A DNA stretch of 64,000 nt from assembly GCA_965205855.1 (NCBI GenBank), contig OZ242184.1:886570-950569 (forward strand). Reading direction: 5' to 3'. This document shows, piece after piece, positions 52,051 to 61,430 of the stretch (the first letter of the stretch is position 1; every line of letters begins with the position of its first letter). This stretch comes from Thermodesulfobacteriota bacterium (GTDB lineage: Bacteria; Desulfobacterota_D; UBA1144; Nemesobacterales; Mycalebacteriaceae). A model generated the notes under the pieces. It was not told the origin of the DNA. It did no database searches and saw only the letters and a list, made by a program, of their open reading frames with translations. A program made the translations under genes and the position numbers.

Positions 52051-52258
52051 TCAGTTTGATATTGGCTTTGAAAATACCCGATTTACTCCCCCAACCTAAA
52101 ACCCTCAACCTCCCGATGCACCGCCCCTTCTCGTCTCAATTCACTCTCCATCAAACAAACCCTGTCAGAAACAAACTCAAGTTTAAACTGCGGCAATTCG
52201 GGCAGTTTTATCCTTTTTCTTATCCGCCCTATCGTAATGTGTGGTATAAAATCCCGTT
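52051..52258. repeat. Repeat copy C: the resident 3' end of thpR plus about 30 nt downstream, the source sequence of copies A and B.
   Basis: It overlaps thpR codons for ...HITIGRIRKRIKLPELPQFKLEFVSDRVCLMESELRREGAVHREVEGFRLGE*. Confidence 0.8.
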
Positions 52259-52664
52259 TCTCCGGCTCAAAACCGATTGTCTCAAGTTTTGAGTCAATCT
52301 CGTCCTTGAGACTGAAAAACGCGTCCCCGGATTCCGCAATCACCGCAAGCGTCTGCGTATAACGGCGGAGTATAAGCGCCTCAACCCCGTCCGTTGTGAT
52401 GTCGAGCGGCACAAACCGCTTGCAACAACTTTCAATAACCCCGCACAGTTCGGGAATCAATTCGCGGCGCGTCTCTCCGAGAAACCTTAAAGTAATATGG
52501 AATTTTTCAGACAGCTCCCAACGCACATGGCGGAGCGAGCGTATTGCGGCGGAACGGGATTTTATCACCCTTTTTGCTTTTTCGGGAACTTCAAGAGAAA
52601 TAAAAAGCCGGACGGTAGCGCTGTCAACTCTCAAGCTCAACATTCCAGTATGAGGCATCAACAA
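52083..52664 (-). CDS. thpR: RNA 2',3'-cyclic phosphodiesterase (2H family, ThpR/LigT).
   Basis: It has two HxT/S motifs (HITLRFLGE and HITIGRI), at 193 aa. Confidence 0.8.
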   Translation of the reverse strand: MLMPHTGMLSLRVDSATVRLFISLEVPEKAKRVIKSRSAAIRSLRHVRWELSEKFHITLRFLGETRRELIPELCGVIESCCKRFVPLDITTDGVEALILRRYTQTLAVIAESGDAFFSLKDEIDSKLETIGFEPEKRDFIPHITIGRIRKRIKLPELPQFKLEFVSDRVCLMESELRREGAVHREVEGFRLGE

Positions 52665-53232
52665 AACTTACAAACGGCTCCCATTCTTTGTAGCGGATTG
52701 GGTGCGCGTAAATGTTTGCAAACGGTCCCCACTGCGGTTCGGAGGGAATTGTGAGCAATTTCATCCTTGCCTGTTCGGGAGTTCTACCGCCTTTTCTGCG
52801 GTTGCACGAGCCGCAGGAGCAGACAACATTGTCCCATCTGCTTTCTCCGCCGTGCGCGCGCGGAATAACATGGTCTATCGTAAGCTCGGTTTTGGAAAAA
52901 TGCTTTCCGCAGTATTGGCATTTACCGCTGTCTCTGCGGAATATGTTGAAGCGCGTAAATCTCGGACGCTTTCTGTGAAATCCGCTGTAACGGAGCAGGA
53001 TTATAACCCTCGGCGCTTTGATGATCCTTGTAACGGTTCTCACATAGTCGCCACGCCCTCCGGCGGCAGAGGCGGCGGAAACCTCCGCCCAACTCTCAAA
53101 ATCAAAAGTCTCGTAGGTTTTTGTTACGGCTTTCGCCTCGCCGCAATAGAGCATCACAAATGCCCGTCGCAAATTGGTAACGGAAACGGGCATATAGTTT
53201 TTGTTCAAAACCAGAACCGGCGAACTCAACAT
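52624..53232 (-). CDS. HNH endonuclease.
   Basis: The HNH motif is CQYCGK ... DHVIPRAHGGESRWDNVVCSCGSCNRRKG. It overlaps the thpR start by 41 nt. Confidence 0.75.
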   Translation of the reverse strand: MLSSPVLVLNKNYMPVSVTNLRRAFVMLYCGEAKAVTKTYETFDFESWAEVSAASAAGGRGDYVRTVTRIIKAPRVIILLRYSGFHRKRPRFTRFNIFRRDSGKCQYCGKHFSKTELTIDHVIPRAHGGESRWDNVVCSCGSCNRRKGGRTPEQARMKLLTIPSEPQWGPFANIYAHPIRYKEWEPFVSFVDASYWNVELES

Positions 53233-53468
53233 ATCCCGATATTTTACAGTCGGAAACGGACTATTTCAAAAAAAAACCGGCCGCTGTTGAAAAAAAGTCT
53301 GAAAAGATATAAATAGAACAAAGGCGTTTGCCGGTTATGGATATTACAGCAAATATTGTTTTTCTTGTTAACTTTCTGCTCTGCGCGGGCTTTTTCTCCC
53401 TGCTGTTTGCGCTTTCGAGAACAAACGCGCGCGCGGAAAAAGCCGCCCAAGAGAAACGGCACGGTTAG

Positions 53469-54233
53469 ATGTATCCGGATCTTTTCAAAGCCGGAGACTT
53501 TACGGTCGGCTCATTCGGCGTTCTTGTCGCTCTGGCGTTTCTTGTCGCCTACATCGTTGCGGCGGGAGAGTTGAAAAGAAAAGGCGCGCCGCCCTCCGCC
53601 GCTCAGGACATGTTTGTGTGGATTTCTTTGTGCTCAATAGTGGGAGCAAAACTGTTCTTTGTCACGGAAAATTTCACATTTGCAGAAATAATCTCAGACC
53701 CCGTTCCGGTTCTTTTTTCGCGCAACGGGCTGACTTTCTACGGCGGTCTGCTCGGCGGGATTGCGGGCGGGATATACGCCGCGCGTAAAAACGGCGTGCA
53801 GGTGCGAAAGGCGCTTGACGCTGTGGCTCCCGCGCTTGCAATCGGCTACGCGATTGGAAGAATCGGCTGCCTACTTGTTGGAGACGACTACGGAACGGCG
53901 TCCGACCTGCCGTGGGCAATGGCGTTTCCAAACGGATATCCGCCCGTGGATTTTACCGTTCATCCGACCCAGATATACGAATCGGTTTTAATGTTCGCGG
54001 TGTTCGCCCTGCTGTGGAGAATCAGGAAAACCGCCATGCCCGACGGACGCCTGTTCGCGCTTTATCTCGCGCTTGCGGGCACAGAGCGGTTTCTCGTTGA
54101 GTTTATAAGAACAACCACCCAAAGCGGATTTGCCGGACTTTCAGTCGCGCAAGTCATTGCCCTTGCGTCAGTAACAATCGGATGTGTGTGGCTTGTCGTT
54201 TCCCGCCCATCGGGTTCGCGCCACGAACTATAA
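53469..54233 (+). CDS. lgt: Prolipoprotein diacylglyceryl transferase.
   Basis: It has the Lgt signature (YGGLLGG ... GRIGCLLVGDDYG ... HPTQIYES) and multiple TM helices. Confidence 0.85.
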   Translation: MYPDLFKAGDFTVGSFGVLVALAFLVAYIVAAGELKRKGAPPSAAQDMFVWISLCSIVGAKLFFVTENFTFAEIISDPVPVLFSRNGLTFYGGLLGGIAGGIYAARKNGVQVRKALDAVAPALAIGYAIGRIGCLLVGDDYGTASDLPWAMAFPNGYPPVDFTVHPTQIYESVLMFAVFALLWRIRKTAMPDGRLFALYLALAGTERFLVEFIRTTTQSGFAGLSVAQVIALASVTIGCVWLVVSRPSGSRHEL

Positions 54234-55313
54234 AACAGCCGGAACAATGTCGCGTAAACAGGCCTCAAACTCACGGTTTTCTTCCGCAAGTCCGACCGTA
54301 ACCCTGAGACAGTCCTCGACACCGCCACCGGAAAAATTGCGCACAAGAACGCTTTTTTCAACAAGCGCCCGGTAAACCCTGTCCGCCGCCGCCACGTCCG
54401 GGAAACGGATAAGAAGAAAATTGGAATCACTCCGATAAACGGTAACGCCTTCAACGGCAGAGAGAGATTTGAATATTTTTGCACGCTCCGCCGCGACGGT
54501 TTTCACGTTTTCCTCAAACATCGCGCGGTTTTCAAAAAAGAACATGACCGCCGCCTGCGTGAGCGAGTTTATGTTATACGGAAGCCTGACTTTTGACAGT
54601 TGCGCGGAAAGTTCGGGACGCATAAACAAAACTCCAAGCCGGAGAGCGGCGAATCCGATTTTGGAGAATGTGCGCATAACGGCAAGGTTCTCGTATTTTT
54701 CCATAAGCGGTGTGTTGTCCGCGCCGCAGAACGCGCCGTATGCCTCATCCACAACAACAACCCCCGGAGCGTTTTTTATGACCGATTCCACCCTTCGGGG
54801 CGACAGCAAATTTCCGGTCGGGCTGTTGGGTGAGGCGAGAAACACAATGTCGGGGTCGCATTTCTCAATAGCGTGTTGCATAGCAGCTTCTTCAAGGTCA
54901 AACTCCGGGTCAAGGTTTTCAGAAACAACCTTTCTGCCAAGAGCCGCCGCCGTGAGCGCATACATTGAAAATGTCGGAGACGGAACAAGCACGGTTTGAG
55001 AACCACCGCAAAAAGCCTCCACGGCCATCTGTATCAACTCATCCGAGCCATTGCCGAAAACAATGCCGTCCGGACAAACTCCGCTCCATTGCGACACCGC
55101 CTCTCTGAGACGCGAGCAGTCCGGGTCGGGATAACGGTTGAGCGGAACGCTCGAAAGGTTTTTCAGAATCTCGCCGCGCTCTCCCACGGAAAGCGGAAAA
55201 GGGCTTTCGTTGCCATCAAGCCGTATCCGGCACTGCGGTCTTGAGGAGTCGTAAGCCGAAAGGTCGCGCACGGAGCCGCGAACCCTGTGCAGAAGTTGTT
55301 CAACGCCCGCCAT
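54228..55313 (-). CDS. hisC: Histidinol-phosphate aminotransferase.
   Basis: It is a class II aminotransferase of 361 aa with the FSKIGFAALRLG PLP-Lys region, directly downstream of hisD. Confidence 0.8.
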   Translation of the reverse strand: MAGVEQLLHRVRGSVRDLSAYDSSRPQCRIRLDGNESPFPLSVGERGEILKNLSSVPLNRYPDPDCSRLREAVSQWSGVCPDGIVFGNGSDELIQMAVEAFCGGSQTVLVPSPTFSMYALTAAALGRKVVSENLDPEFDLEEAAMQHAIEKCDPDIVFLASPNSPTGNLLSPRRVESVIKNAPGVVVVDEAYGAFCGADNTPLMEKYENLAVMRTFSKIGFAALRLGVLFMRPELSAQLSKVRLPYNINSLTQAAVMFFFENRAMFEENVKTVAAERAKIFKSLSAVEGVTVYRSDSNFLLIRFPDVAAADRVYRALVEKSVLVRNFSGGGVEDCLRVTVGLAEENREFEACLRDIVPAVL

Positions 55314-56607
55314 TTGAGAAGTTTTTCTTCCTTGTGGTTACGGAAAGAGCGTGAGCGGAAAGCCCTTCGGCGAGGGCGAGGTTGACCACTGTGTCCGAGA
55401 GGTTTTCAAACCCTTTTTCCGTAAGTTCGGCGACACTCGGTGTTTTCACAAAATCCGCGGCGGAAAGAGGCGAAGAGAACCGCGCCGCGCCGCCCGTAGG
55501 TAGCACGTGGCTTGAGCCGCAAACATAGTCGCCAAACGCCTCGGTGGTGTTTTTCCCCATAAAAATGGCGCCGGCGTGCCGTATCAGAGGCAGAACCGAA
55601 CGCGGAGATTTAACGCAAAGCTCAAGATGTTCGGGAGCGACCGCGTTTGCGATACGTGCGGCCAGATTGATGTTTCTCACAACAAAGATTCTTCCGTTGT
55701 TTCGTATCGCCGCAAGAGCGATGGCGCTTCTTTCAATCCCGTGCGCCATTTCGTAAAGCGCGGATTTAACCTTGGCGGCGTGGGACGCAGAGGTTGTAAC
55801 AAGGGTCGGGGTCGCCATTTCATCATGCTCGGCTTGGGCGAGCAAATCCGCGGCAATCCACCGCGCGGGACATGAACCGTCTGAGATAACAAGCACCTCG
55901 CTGGGCCCGGCCATCATGTCTATGTCTGTTTCGCCGTAGACGAGTTTCTTCGCAATCGTAACATAGATGTTTCCTGGACCGACAATCTTGTCCGCACGGG
56001 GAACCAAGCGTGTTCCAAAAGCGAGCGCGGAGATTGCCTGAGCGCCTCCGATTTTGAAAATACGGTCAACACCCGCAATACCTGCCGCGGCAATCGTTTC
56101 GGGATTTAACTCCCCCCCGCGGCACGGTGTCGCCATGACTATTTCACGAACTCCGGCGACCTTTGCCGGAACAGCCGTCATGAGAACGGTTGAGGGATAC
56201 GCCGCTTTTCCTCCGGGAATATATATCCCGACTCTGTCAAGCGGCCGGACAACCCAGCCCAGTTTGTTCCCGTATTTGTCCCTGTGCTCATGAGAGCGCG
56301 GCAGTTTTTTTTTCTGGTATTCCGCTATGCGGCGGCGCGCGGTTTTCAAATCCCTTATGACGGATTTTGCAACCTTTGCAGTCGCCATCTTCGCTTCGTC
56401 CGGCGAGACCTCAACCGTCCGGGAGTTTACGACCGTGCCGTCAAATTTTTTTGTAAGCGAAAAAAGAGCCCGGTCGCCTCCGGTTCTTACGAGTTCAACA
56501 ATCTTCGCAACAGAGGCAACCTCCCGCGTACTGAACGGAGAAGCCGTCTTGCGTATCCGGGCAATCTGTTTCTCAATGTTGGAGAAATCTATTTTGACAG
56601 TTTTCAT
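55300..56607 (-). CDS. hisD: Histidinol dehydrogenase.
   Basis: It has the HisD zinc/NAD motifs, at 435 aa. Confidence 0.85.
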   Translation of the reverse strand: MKTVKIDFSNIEKQIARIRKTASPFSTREVASVAKIVELVRTGGDRALFSLTKKFDGTVVNSRTVEVSPDEAKMATAKVAKSVIRDLKTARRRIAEYQKKKLPRSHEHRDKYGNKLGWVVRPLDRVGIYIPGGKAAYPSTVLMTAVPAKVAGVREIVMATPCRGGELNPETIAAAGIAGVDRIFKIGGAQAISALAFGTRLVPRADKIVGPGNIYVTIAKKLVYGETDIDMMAGPSEVLVISDGSCPARWIAADLLAQAEHDEMATPTLVTTSASHAAKVKSALYEMAHGIERSAIALAAIRNNGRIFVVRNINLAARIANAVAPEHLELCVKSPRSVLPLIRHAGAIFMGKNTTEAFGDYVCGSSHVLPTGGAARFSSPLSAADFVKTPSVAELTEKGFENLSDTVVNLALAEGLSAHALSVTTRKKNFSNGGR

Positions 56608-56619
56608 ATCCGCGCCGCA

Positions 56620-56907
56620 TCATTCTCCGGTGTGAGCACCCTCCCCGAATCCGCTCTCCACAAAGCCGGATATCTGCTCGGAGGCTTCCTGAGCATCGCC
56701 GCCCGAAACCCTGATATCAATCTCCGTGCCTCTTGTGGCGCCGAGGGAAAGAATTCCGAGAATGCTTTTGCCGTCCACTTCGTATCCGTTTTTAATTATC
56801 TTCACATCCGATGAAAATCTGCTTGAAAGTTTGACAAAACCCGCCGCCGCTCGCGCGTGCAAACCGAGGGTGTTGACAATTGTGAGGGTTTTGTTTATTG
56901 AATCCAC
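56620..56907 (-). CDS. ptsH: Phosphocarrier protein HPr.
   Basis: It has the active-site His in TLGLHARAAAGFV and a regulatory-Ser region (GKSILGI). I set a GTG start at 56907 with AGAGG 8 nt upstream; the ATG track start would add 14 non-homologous residues. Confidence 0.65.
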   Translation of the reverse strand: MDSINKTLTIVNTLGLHARAAAGFVKLSSRFSSDVKIIKNGYEVDGKSILGILSLGATRGTEIDIRVSGGDAQEASEQISGFVESGFGEGAHTGE

Positions 56908-56992
56908 TACTGTTGCCTCTGTAAAAATACGATGACGGATTATACACAATTATACGGCAAGCATTAAAAACCGTGGCACGGCAAGTTACAAT

Positions 56993-58078
56993 GTGAGCAG
57001 TATGAGCATCAAAGAAATATGTGGCAAGGTAATGGACTGCGAAAGACTGCGCGGCGATGACGGACTTGAACTCCTGCGCGGTGCGACCCTGACGCAACTC
57101 GGTGGCCTTGCGTCTTTTTGCAGACAGAGGTGCAACCCCGGCAAAACCGTAACCTTCATCTGCGACACAAACCCGAACTATACAAATGTGTGCGACACAG
57201 AATGCCTTTTCTGCGCCTTCTGGAGACCCGCGGATGCGTCGGACGCCTACACTCTTTCAGTGGACAGGCTCATTGAGATGATGAAAACATCTTATCACAA
57301 CGGAGCCACAACGGTTTTGCTTCAGGGCGGTCACAATCCCGATATCGGAATTGAGTATTACGAGAAAATTGTGAGGCGCGCGAGAGAGGAAATTCCCGGT
57401 CTTCATCTTCACGCCTTTTCCGCGCCGGAAATAGCGGCAATCGCGAAATACGAGGGCATCAATACGCGGGATGTGCTGTGGAGACTCTGGAATGCCGGAC
57501 TCAGAACAATCCCCGGCGGTGGCGCGGAGATACTTTCCAACAGAGTGAGAAAAAAAATCAGCCCGCTCAAGATAGATGCGGACAAGTGGATTGGAATTAC
57601 AAAAGAGGCACATGAAACCGGATTCAAAACCACCGCGACAATGATGTTCGGTCATTTAGAGCGGGACGAAGACATTGTGGAGCATCTCACGAGGGTGCGC
57701 GATTTGCAGGATGAAACGGGCGGTTTTCTCGCTTTTATACCCTGGATATTCAAGCCTTCCAACACCTTCCTTGAGCGCAAAATTTCCGCCGAAATAGGCG
57801 GGGAACGCTATTTACGTGTGCTTGCGGTGTGCCGAATCTTCCTTGACAACTTCAGATTTATTCAGGGCTCGTGGTTCACTCAGGGGTTTAAAATCGGGTC
57901 TGCGTCAATGAATTTCGGCGCGGACGACCTTGGGGGAACATTGTATGAGGAAAACGTGCTCAGATGCGCGGAGAACAGAATAAAGGCGAGTGCCGGAGAG
58001 ATTTCCGGAATGATAGAGCGCGCGGGCTTCAAGCCGGCGCGGAGAAACACTTTTTATGAAATCATACCCAAACCCTGA
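56993..58078 (+). CDS. Radical SAM enzyme of the MqnC/MqnE/CofH family (futalosine-pathway menaquinone biosynthesis).
   Basis: It has the CDTNPNYTNVCDTECLFCAF cluster motif and a MqnC-like length of 361 aa. Confidence 0.65.
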   Translation: MSSMSIKEICGKVMDCERLRGDDGLELLRGATLTQLGGLASFCRQRCNPGKTVTFICDTNPNYTNVCDTECLFCAFWRPADASDAYTLSVDRLIEMMKTSYHNGATTVLLQGGHNPDIGIEYYEKIVRRAREEIPGLHLHAFSAPEIAAIAKYEGINTRDVLWRLWNAGLRTIPGGGAEILSNRVRKKISPLKIDADKWIGITKEAHETGFKTTATMMFGHLERDEDIVEHLTRVRDLQDETGGFLAFIPWIFKPSNTFLERKISAEIGGERYLRVLAVCRIFLDNFRFIQGSWFTQGFKIGSASMNFGADDLGGTLYEENVLRCAENRIKASAGEISGMIERAGFKPARRNTFYEIIPKP

Positions 58079-58821
58079 TGGCTGAGCGTATACAGAAACT
58101 GCTCGCGGGCGCCGGAGCGGGCTCGCGGAGACAGGCGGAAAAGTTGATAAAATCCGGCGCGGTTTTTGTCAACGGAAAGATTTGCAAACTCGGAGACAAA
58201 GCGGAGCCGCATGACGCCATTACAATAGACGGAAGGGAAATTGATTGTAAAACAGACCCGTCCGAAAAACTCGTAATCGCATACAACAAGCCCGCCGGAA
58301 AAATCGTGAGCAGAAGCGACCCTCAAAACCGCCCCGTTGTTTTTGATGATTTGCCCCCGTTAAAGAAAGCCCGCTGGGTTTGTGCGGGGCGGCTGGACGT
58401 GAATACATCGGGGTTGCTGCTCTTCTGTTCGGACGGACTGCTTGCGCACAGGCTTGCTCATCCCTCAAGCGGAATTGAGCGCGAATATATGGCGCGTGTG
58501 CGCGGAAACACGGGTCCGGAAACGATTAATAAACTGCTCGCGGGCGTTGTTCTTGACGGCAAAAAGGGGCAGTTTGAAAAAATTACAGCAGTTGCCTCAA
58601 AGAACAAAAGCAACAAATGGTTCAAGATAATTGTACAAGAGGGAAGAAACAGGTTTGTCAGAAGAATGTGGGAAAGTTGCGGGTGTTCGGTCAGTCGCTT
58701 GATAAGGGTCAGGTTCGCAACGGTGAGGCTTCCGAAAAAATTGCCCACGGGAGCGTCGGTATTTCTTGATGGGAAGGAAATCCGGAAGATTTATAAAGCC
58801 ACGGGGGTTAATACGGGTTAG
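58078..58821 (+). CDS. rRNA pseudouridine synthase, RsuA/RluB family.
   Basis: It has an N-terminal S4 domain and a catalytic GRLDVNTSGLLL motif. Confidence 0.8.
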   Translation: MAERIQKLLAGAGAGSRRQAEKLIKSGAVFVNGKICKLGDKAEPHDAITIDGREIDCKTDPSEKLVIAYNKPAGKIVSRSDPQNRPVVFDDLPPLKKARWVCAGRLDVNTSGLLLFCSDGLLAHRLAHPSSGIEREYMARVRGNTGPETINKLLAGVVLDGKKGQFEKITAVASKNKSNKWFKIIVQEGRNRFVRRMWESCGCSVSRLIRVRFATVRLPKKLPTGASVFLDGKEIRKIYKATGVNTG

Positions 58822-58848
58822 GCAATTTGCGTGCCGTCGCGGGTGGAA

Positions 58849-59415
58849 TCACTTCACCCTTTCAACATAACTTCCGTCCCTTGTATCAACCCTTATGATA
58901 TCCCCAGGGTTGACAAAAAGCGGGACGTTAACCTTCGCTCCGGTCTCAAGAGTCGCGGGCTTTGTCGCGGACGCGGCGGTGTCTCCCTTCACTCCCGGTT
59001 CCGCCTCGGTAACTTTCAATTCCACAACCGCCTTGGGAAACTCAACTCCACGCGGCTCCCCGTTGATGAAGTTGACCTGGACCTCCTGGTGCTCGCTGAT
59101 AAAATCCGCCATGCTCCCAACCTGAGCGGCCGAAAGCTCCCATTGGTCAAACTTCTCGCTGTCCATAAAATGGTAGGAAGAACCGTCCGAATACAGAAAC
59201 TGCATTGCCGTTTTTTTTATGTCAGGAGTATCAAATTTGTCTCCCGAACGGAATTTTTTTTCCTGTACCGCTCCCGTAACTATGTTGCGCACCTTTACCG
59301 TTACGATGGGACTACGTTGAGCCATCTTTGAGTGCTGATACTCAATGATCTCCCAAATCCCGTCATCGGTCTGTATTTTCATTCCTCTGTGAAAATCGTT
59401 TGTTTCAACAACCAT
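58849..59415 (-). CDS. efp: Elongation factor P.
   Basis: It has three OB/KOW-like domains and the conserved G (KGDTAASATKPA) region. I trimmed the start to MVVETNDF at 59415. Confidence 0.85.
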   Translation of the reverse strand: MVVETNDFHRGMKIQTDDGIWEIIEYQHSKMAQRSPIVTVKVRNIVTGAVQEKKFRSGDKFDTPDIKKTAMQFLYSDGSSYHFMDSEKFDQWELSAAQVGSMADFISEHQEVQVNFINGEPRGVEFPKAVVELKVTEAEPGVKGDTAASATKPATLETGAKVNVPLFVNPGDIIRVDTRDGSYVERVK

Positions 59416-59437
59416 TTTATTCTCCGGACAAGTGAGA

Positions 59438-61240
59438 TTACTTTCTCTTGAACATCTTCTCAAGACTGCCGTAAGTAATTCTTACCGCGACCGGCCTGCC
59501 GTGCGGACAGAAATGGGGAGACTCGCATTTGTCCATATCGGAGAAAAAAGTATTTAACTCCTCCTCCGCCGTTATGTATCCGGCACGGATGGACCGGTGA
59601 CACGCCATTGTGGCGAGAATGTGCTCGGTTTTTTCGTCAAGCTTGTTGGAAAGTTCCGGACAGTCGGCCTCTTTCAGTTCGGTAAAAATATCGATAAATA
59701 GGTTTCTACCACTTACGCACGGCAAAATGGCGGGAAGCGCACCAAGTCTGATGGCATCTTCTCCAAACGCTTCTGCGCCAAACCCTATTCTGCTCATTTT
59801 CGGTTCAATCTCCGCAAACAGGATGATATCTTCGGGACGCATCTCTATAATCTCCGGTATGAGAAGCCTCTGAGCCTTCAAGCCGCCGTCGTTGAGGTAA
59901 CTGTTTTTAAGCCGCTCAAAATTGACTCTCTCGTGCGCTGCATGTTGGTCAATCAGCACAAGTCCCTCTTTTGACTCACAGATAATGTAAAGCCCTGCTA
60001 CCAGCCCGATACGGTTAAGTTGGGAGAAAAAACCCCTCTCCGCAGGGGAAGAGATTCCTTGCGGATTGCCGGTTCGCGGTGGCTCCTCCAAAGCTGTGAA
60101 ATCCAAATCGGGGGCTTTGTTTACCGGTGGCTTTCCGTAAACCTGAGCACCGATAGACTGCCGTGCCGCGCGGGAGCCGGAACCGTACCGTTCGGATTCG
60201 GGGGTCTCTCTCATCGGAGATGTTTGCCGGGGAGCGGACGGTTCCGGATAACCGGTAATCCACGGAGCGGATGAAAGGAAAGCCTCCACCGCCGCGCGAA
60301 CTGACGCGGCAACCGCGGCGGGAGACTTGAAACGAACCTCGTGTTTTGTGGGATGCACATTGACATCAACCTCCTCCGACGACAGGTTGATAAAAAGCGC
60401 CCCTTGCGGATAACGCCCCCTTTCAAATGTGCGCCCGAAGGCGCCTATCACAACCTTGTTGACAAACCTGTCCCGCACATACCTGCCGTTAACATAGCAG
60501 TAAAAATGCGTCATTGAGGAAAATCCGTCCAAAGGGGAACAGAGAAATCCCTTTATTTCAACTGCGCCGCCCGTGGCTTCAATCTCATACGGCTTTATCT
60601 TTCCGAGCACATCCCCGACTCTGCGCTCAAGGTCGCCCGGAGAAAAACTGAAAATGCTTTTGCCGTTGTGCAGAACCTCAAAGCCAACTTCGGGATTTGC
60701 CAGCGCGATGGAACGGATAACTCCGGCGCACCTTGAAAGCTCGGTTTCATTTGTTTTCAGAAATTTGAGACGCGGACGCGTGTTGAAGAAAAGAGAGCGC
60801 GCCTCAACGGTTGTTCCTGCGGGACAGCCCGTGTCCTTCACACCGCCTGATCTTCCGCCCTCCACAACTATAAGGGTTCCGGTGTCGCAATCGCGCGGGC
60901 GTGTCTCAAGAGAGAATCTGGACACAGCGGCAATGGAGGCAAGCGCCTCTCCCCTGAACCCAAAGGTGGACACAGAGGCAAGCTCCTTTTCGTTCTTTAT
61001 CTTGCTTGTGGTATGCCGTTCAACGCTCAACACAGCATCTTCGCGCGACATTCCGCAACCGTCATCGGCAACCCTTACAAGGCGTTTTCCACCCGAATCA
61101 AGCTCAACCGAAATCCTTTTCGCTCCCGCATCAACGGAGTTCTCAAGAAACTCTTTGAGAACCGACGCGGGTCTTTCAATTACTTCTCCGGCAGATATTT
61201 TGGAAATAAGGATATCGTCAAGTTTTTGAATGTGGTTCAT
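59438..61240 (-). CDS. mutL: DNA mismatch repair protein MutL.
   Basis: It has an N-terminal GHKL ATPase (ELLENSVDAGA, GFRGEAL) and a C-terminal dimerisation domain, at 600 aa. Confidence 0.85.
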   Translation of the reverse strand: MNHIQKLDDILISKISAGEVIERPASVLKEFLENSVDAGAKRISVELDSGGKRLVRVADDGCGMSREDAVLSVERHTTSKIKNEKELASVSTFGFRGEALASIAAVSRFSLETRPRDCDTGTLIVVEGGRSGGVKDTGCPAGTTVEARSLFFNTRPRLKFLKTNETELSRCAGVIRSIALANPEVGFEVLHNGKSIFSFSPGDLERRVGDVLGKIKPYEIEATGGAVEIKGFLCSPLDGFSSMTHFYCYVNGRYVRDRFVNKVVIGAFGRTFERGRYPQGALFINLSSEEVDVNVHPTKHEVRFKSPAAVAASVRAAVEAFLSSAPWITGYPEPSAPRQTSPMRETPESERYGSGSRAARQSIGAQVYGKPPVNKAPDLDFTALEEPPRTGNPQGISSPAERGFFSQLNRIGLVAGLYIICESKEGLVLIDQHAAHERVNFERLKNSYLNDGGLKAQRLLIPEIIEMRPEDIILFAEIEPKMSRIGFGAEAFGEDAIRLGALPAILPCVSGRNLFIDIFTELKEADCPELSNKLDEKTEHILATMACHRSIRAGYITAEEELNTFFSDMDKCESPHFCPHGRPVAVRITYGSLEKMFKRK

Positions 61241-61244
61241 AAAT

Positions 61245-61430
61245 TCAGAACGCCCCGGATACCCTCAAAACTGCTATGATCGCAATCACAGCAACGGGAA
61301 CAACAACGGCGGCAAAAGCGAAAAGTACATAGAAAAAAAGAGCGCGGGAAGCATTTTTGCCGTAAACATCACCGGACTGCTCTTTTAAGGAAGCAAATAG
61401 CGACAGAAAAAATCCGCCGTCCGAGCTCAT
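61245..61430 (-). CDS. Possible small membrane protein (61 aa).
   Basis: It has a single hydrophobic helix and weak support. Confidence 0.25.
   Translation of the reverse strand: MSSDGGFFLSLFASLKEQSGDVYGKNASRALFFYVLFAFAAVVVPVAVIAIIAVLRVSGAF

Noticed and set aside
58820-58870. Hairpin between convergent rluB-like and efp genes as a terminator.
   Set aside because: The GGGTGgAAtcacTTcACCC stem is imperfect and lacks a clear U-tract, which is too weak to call.
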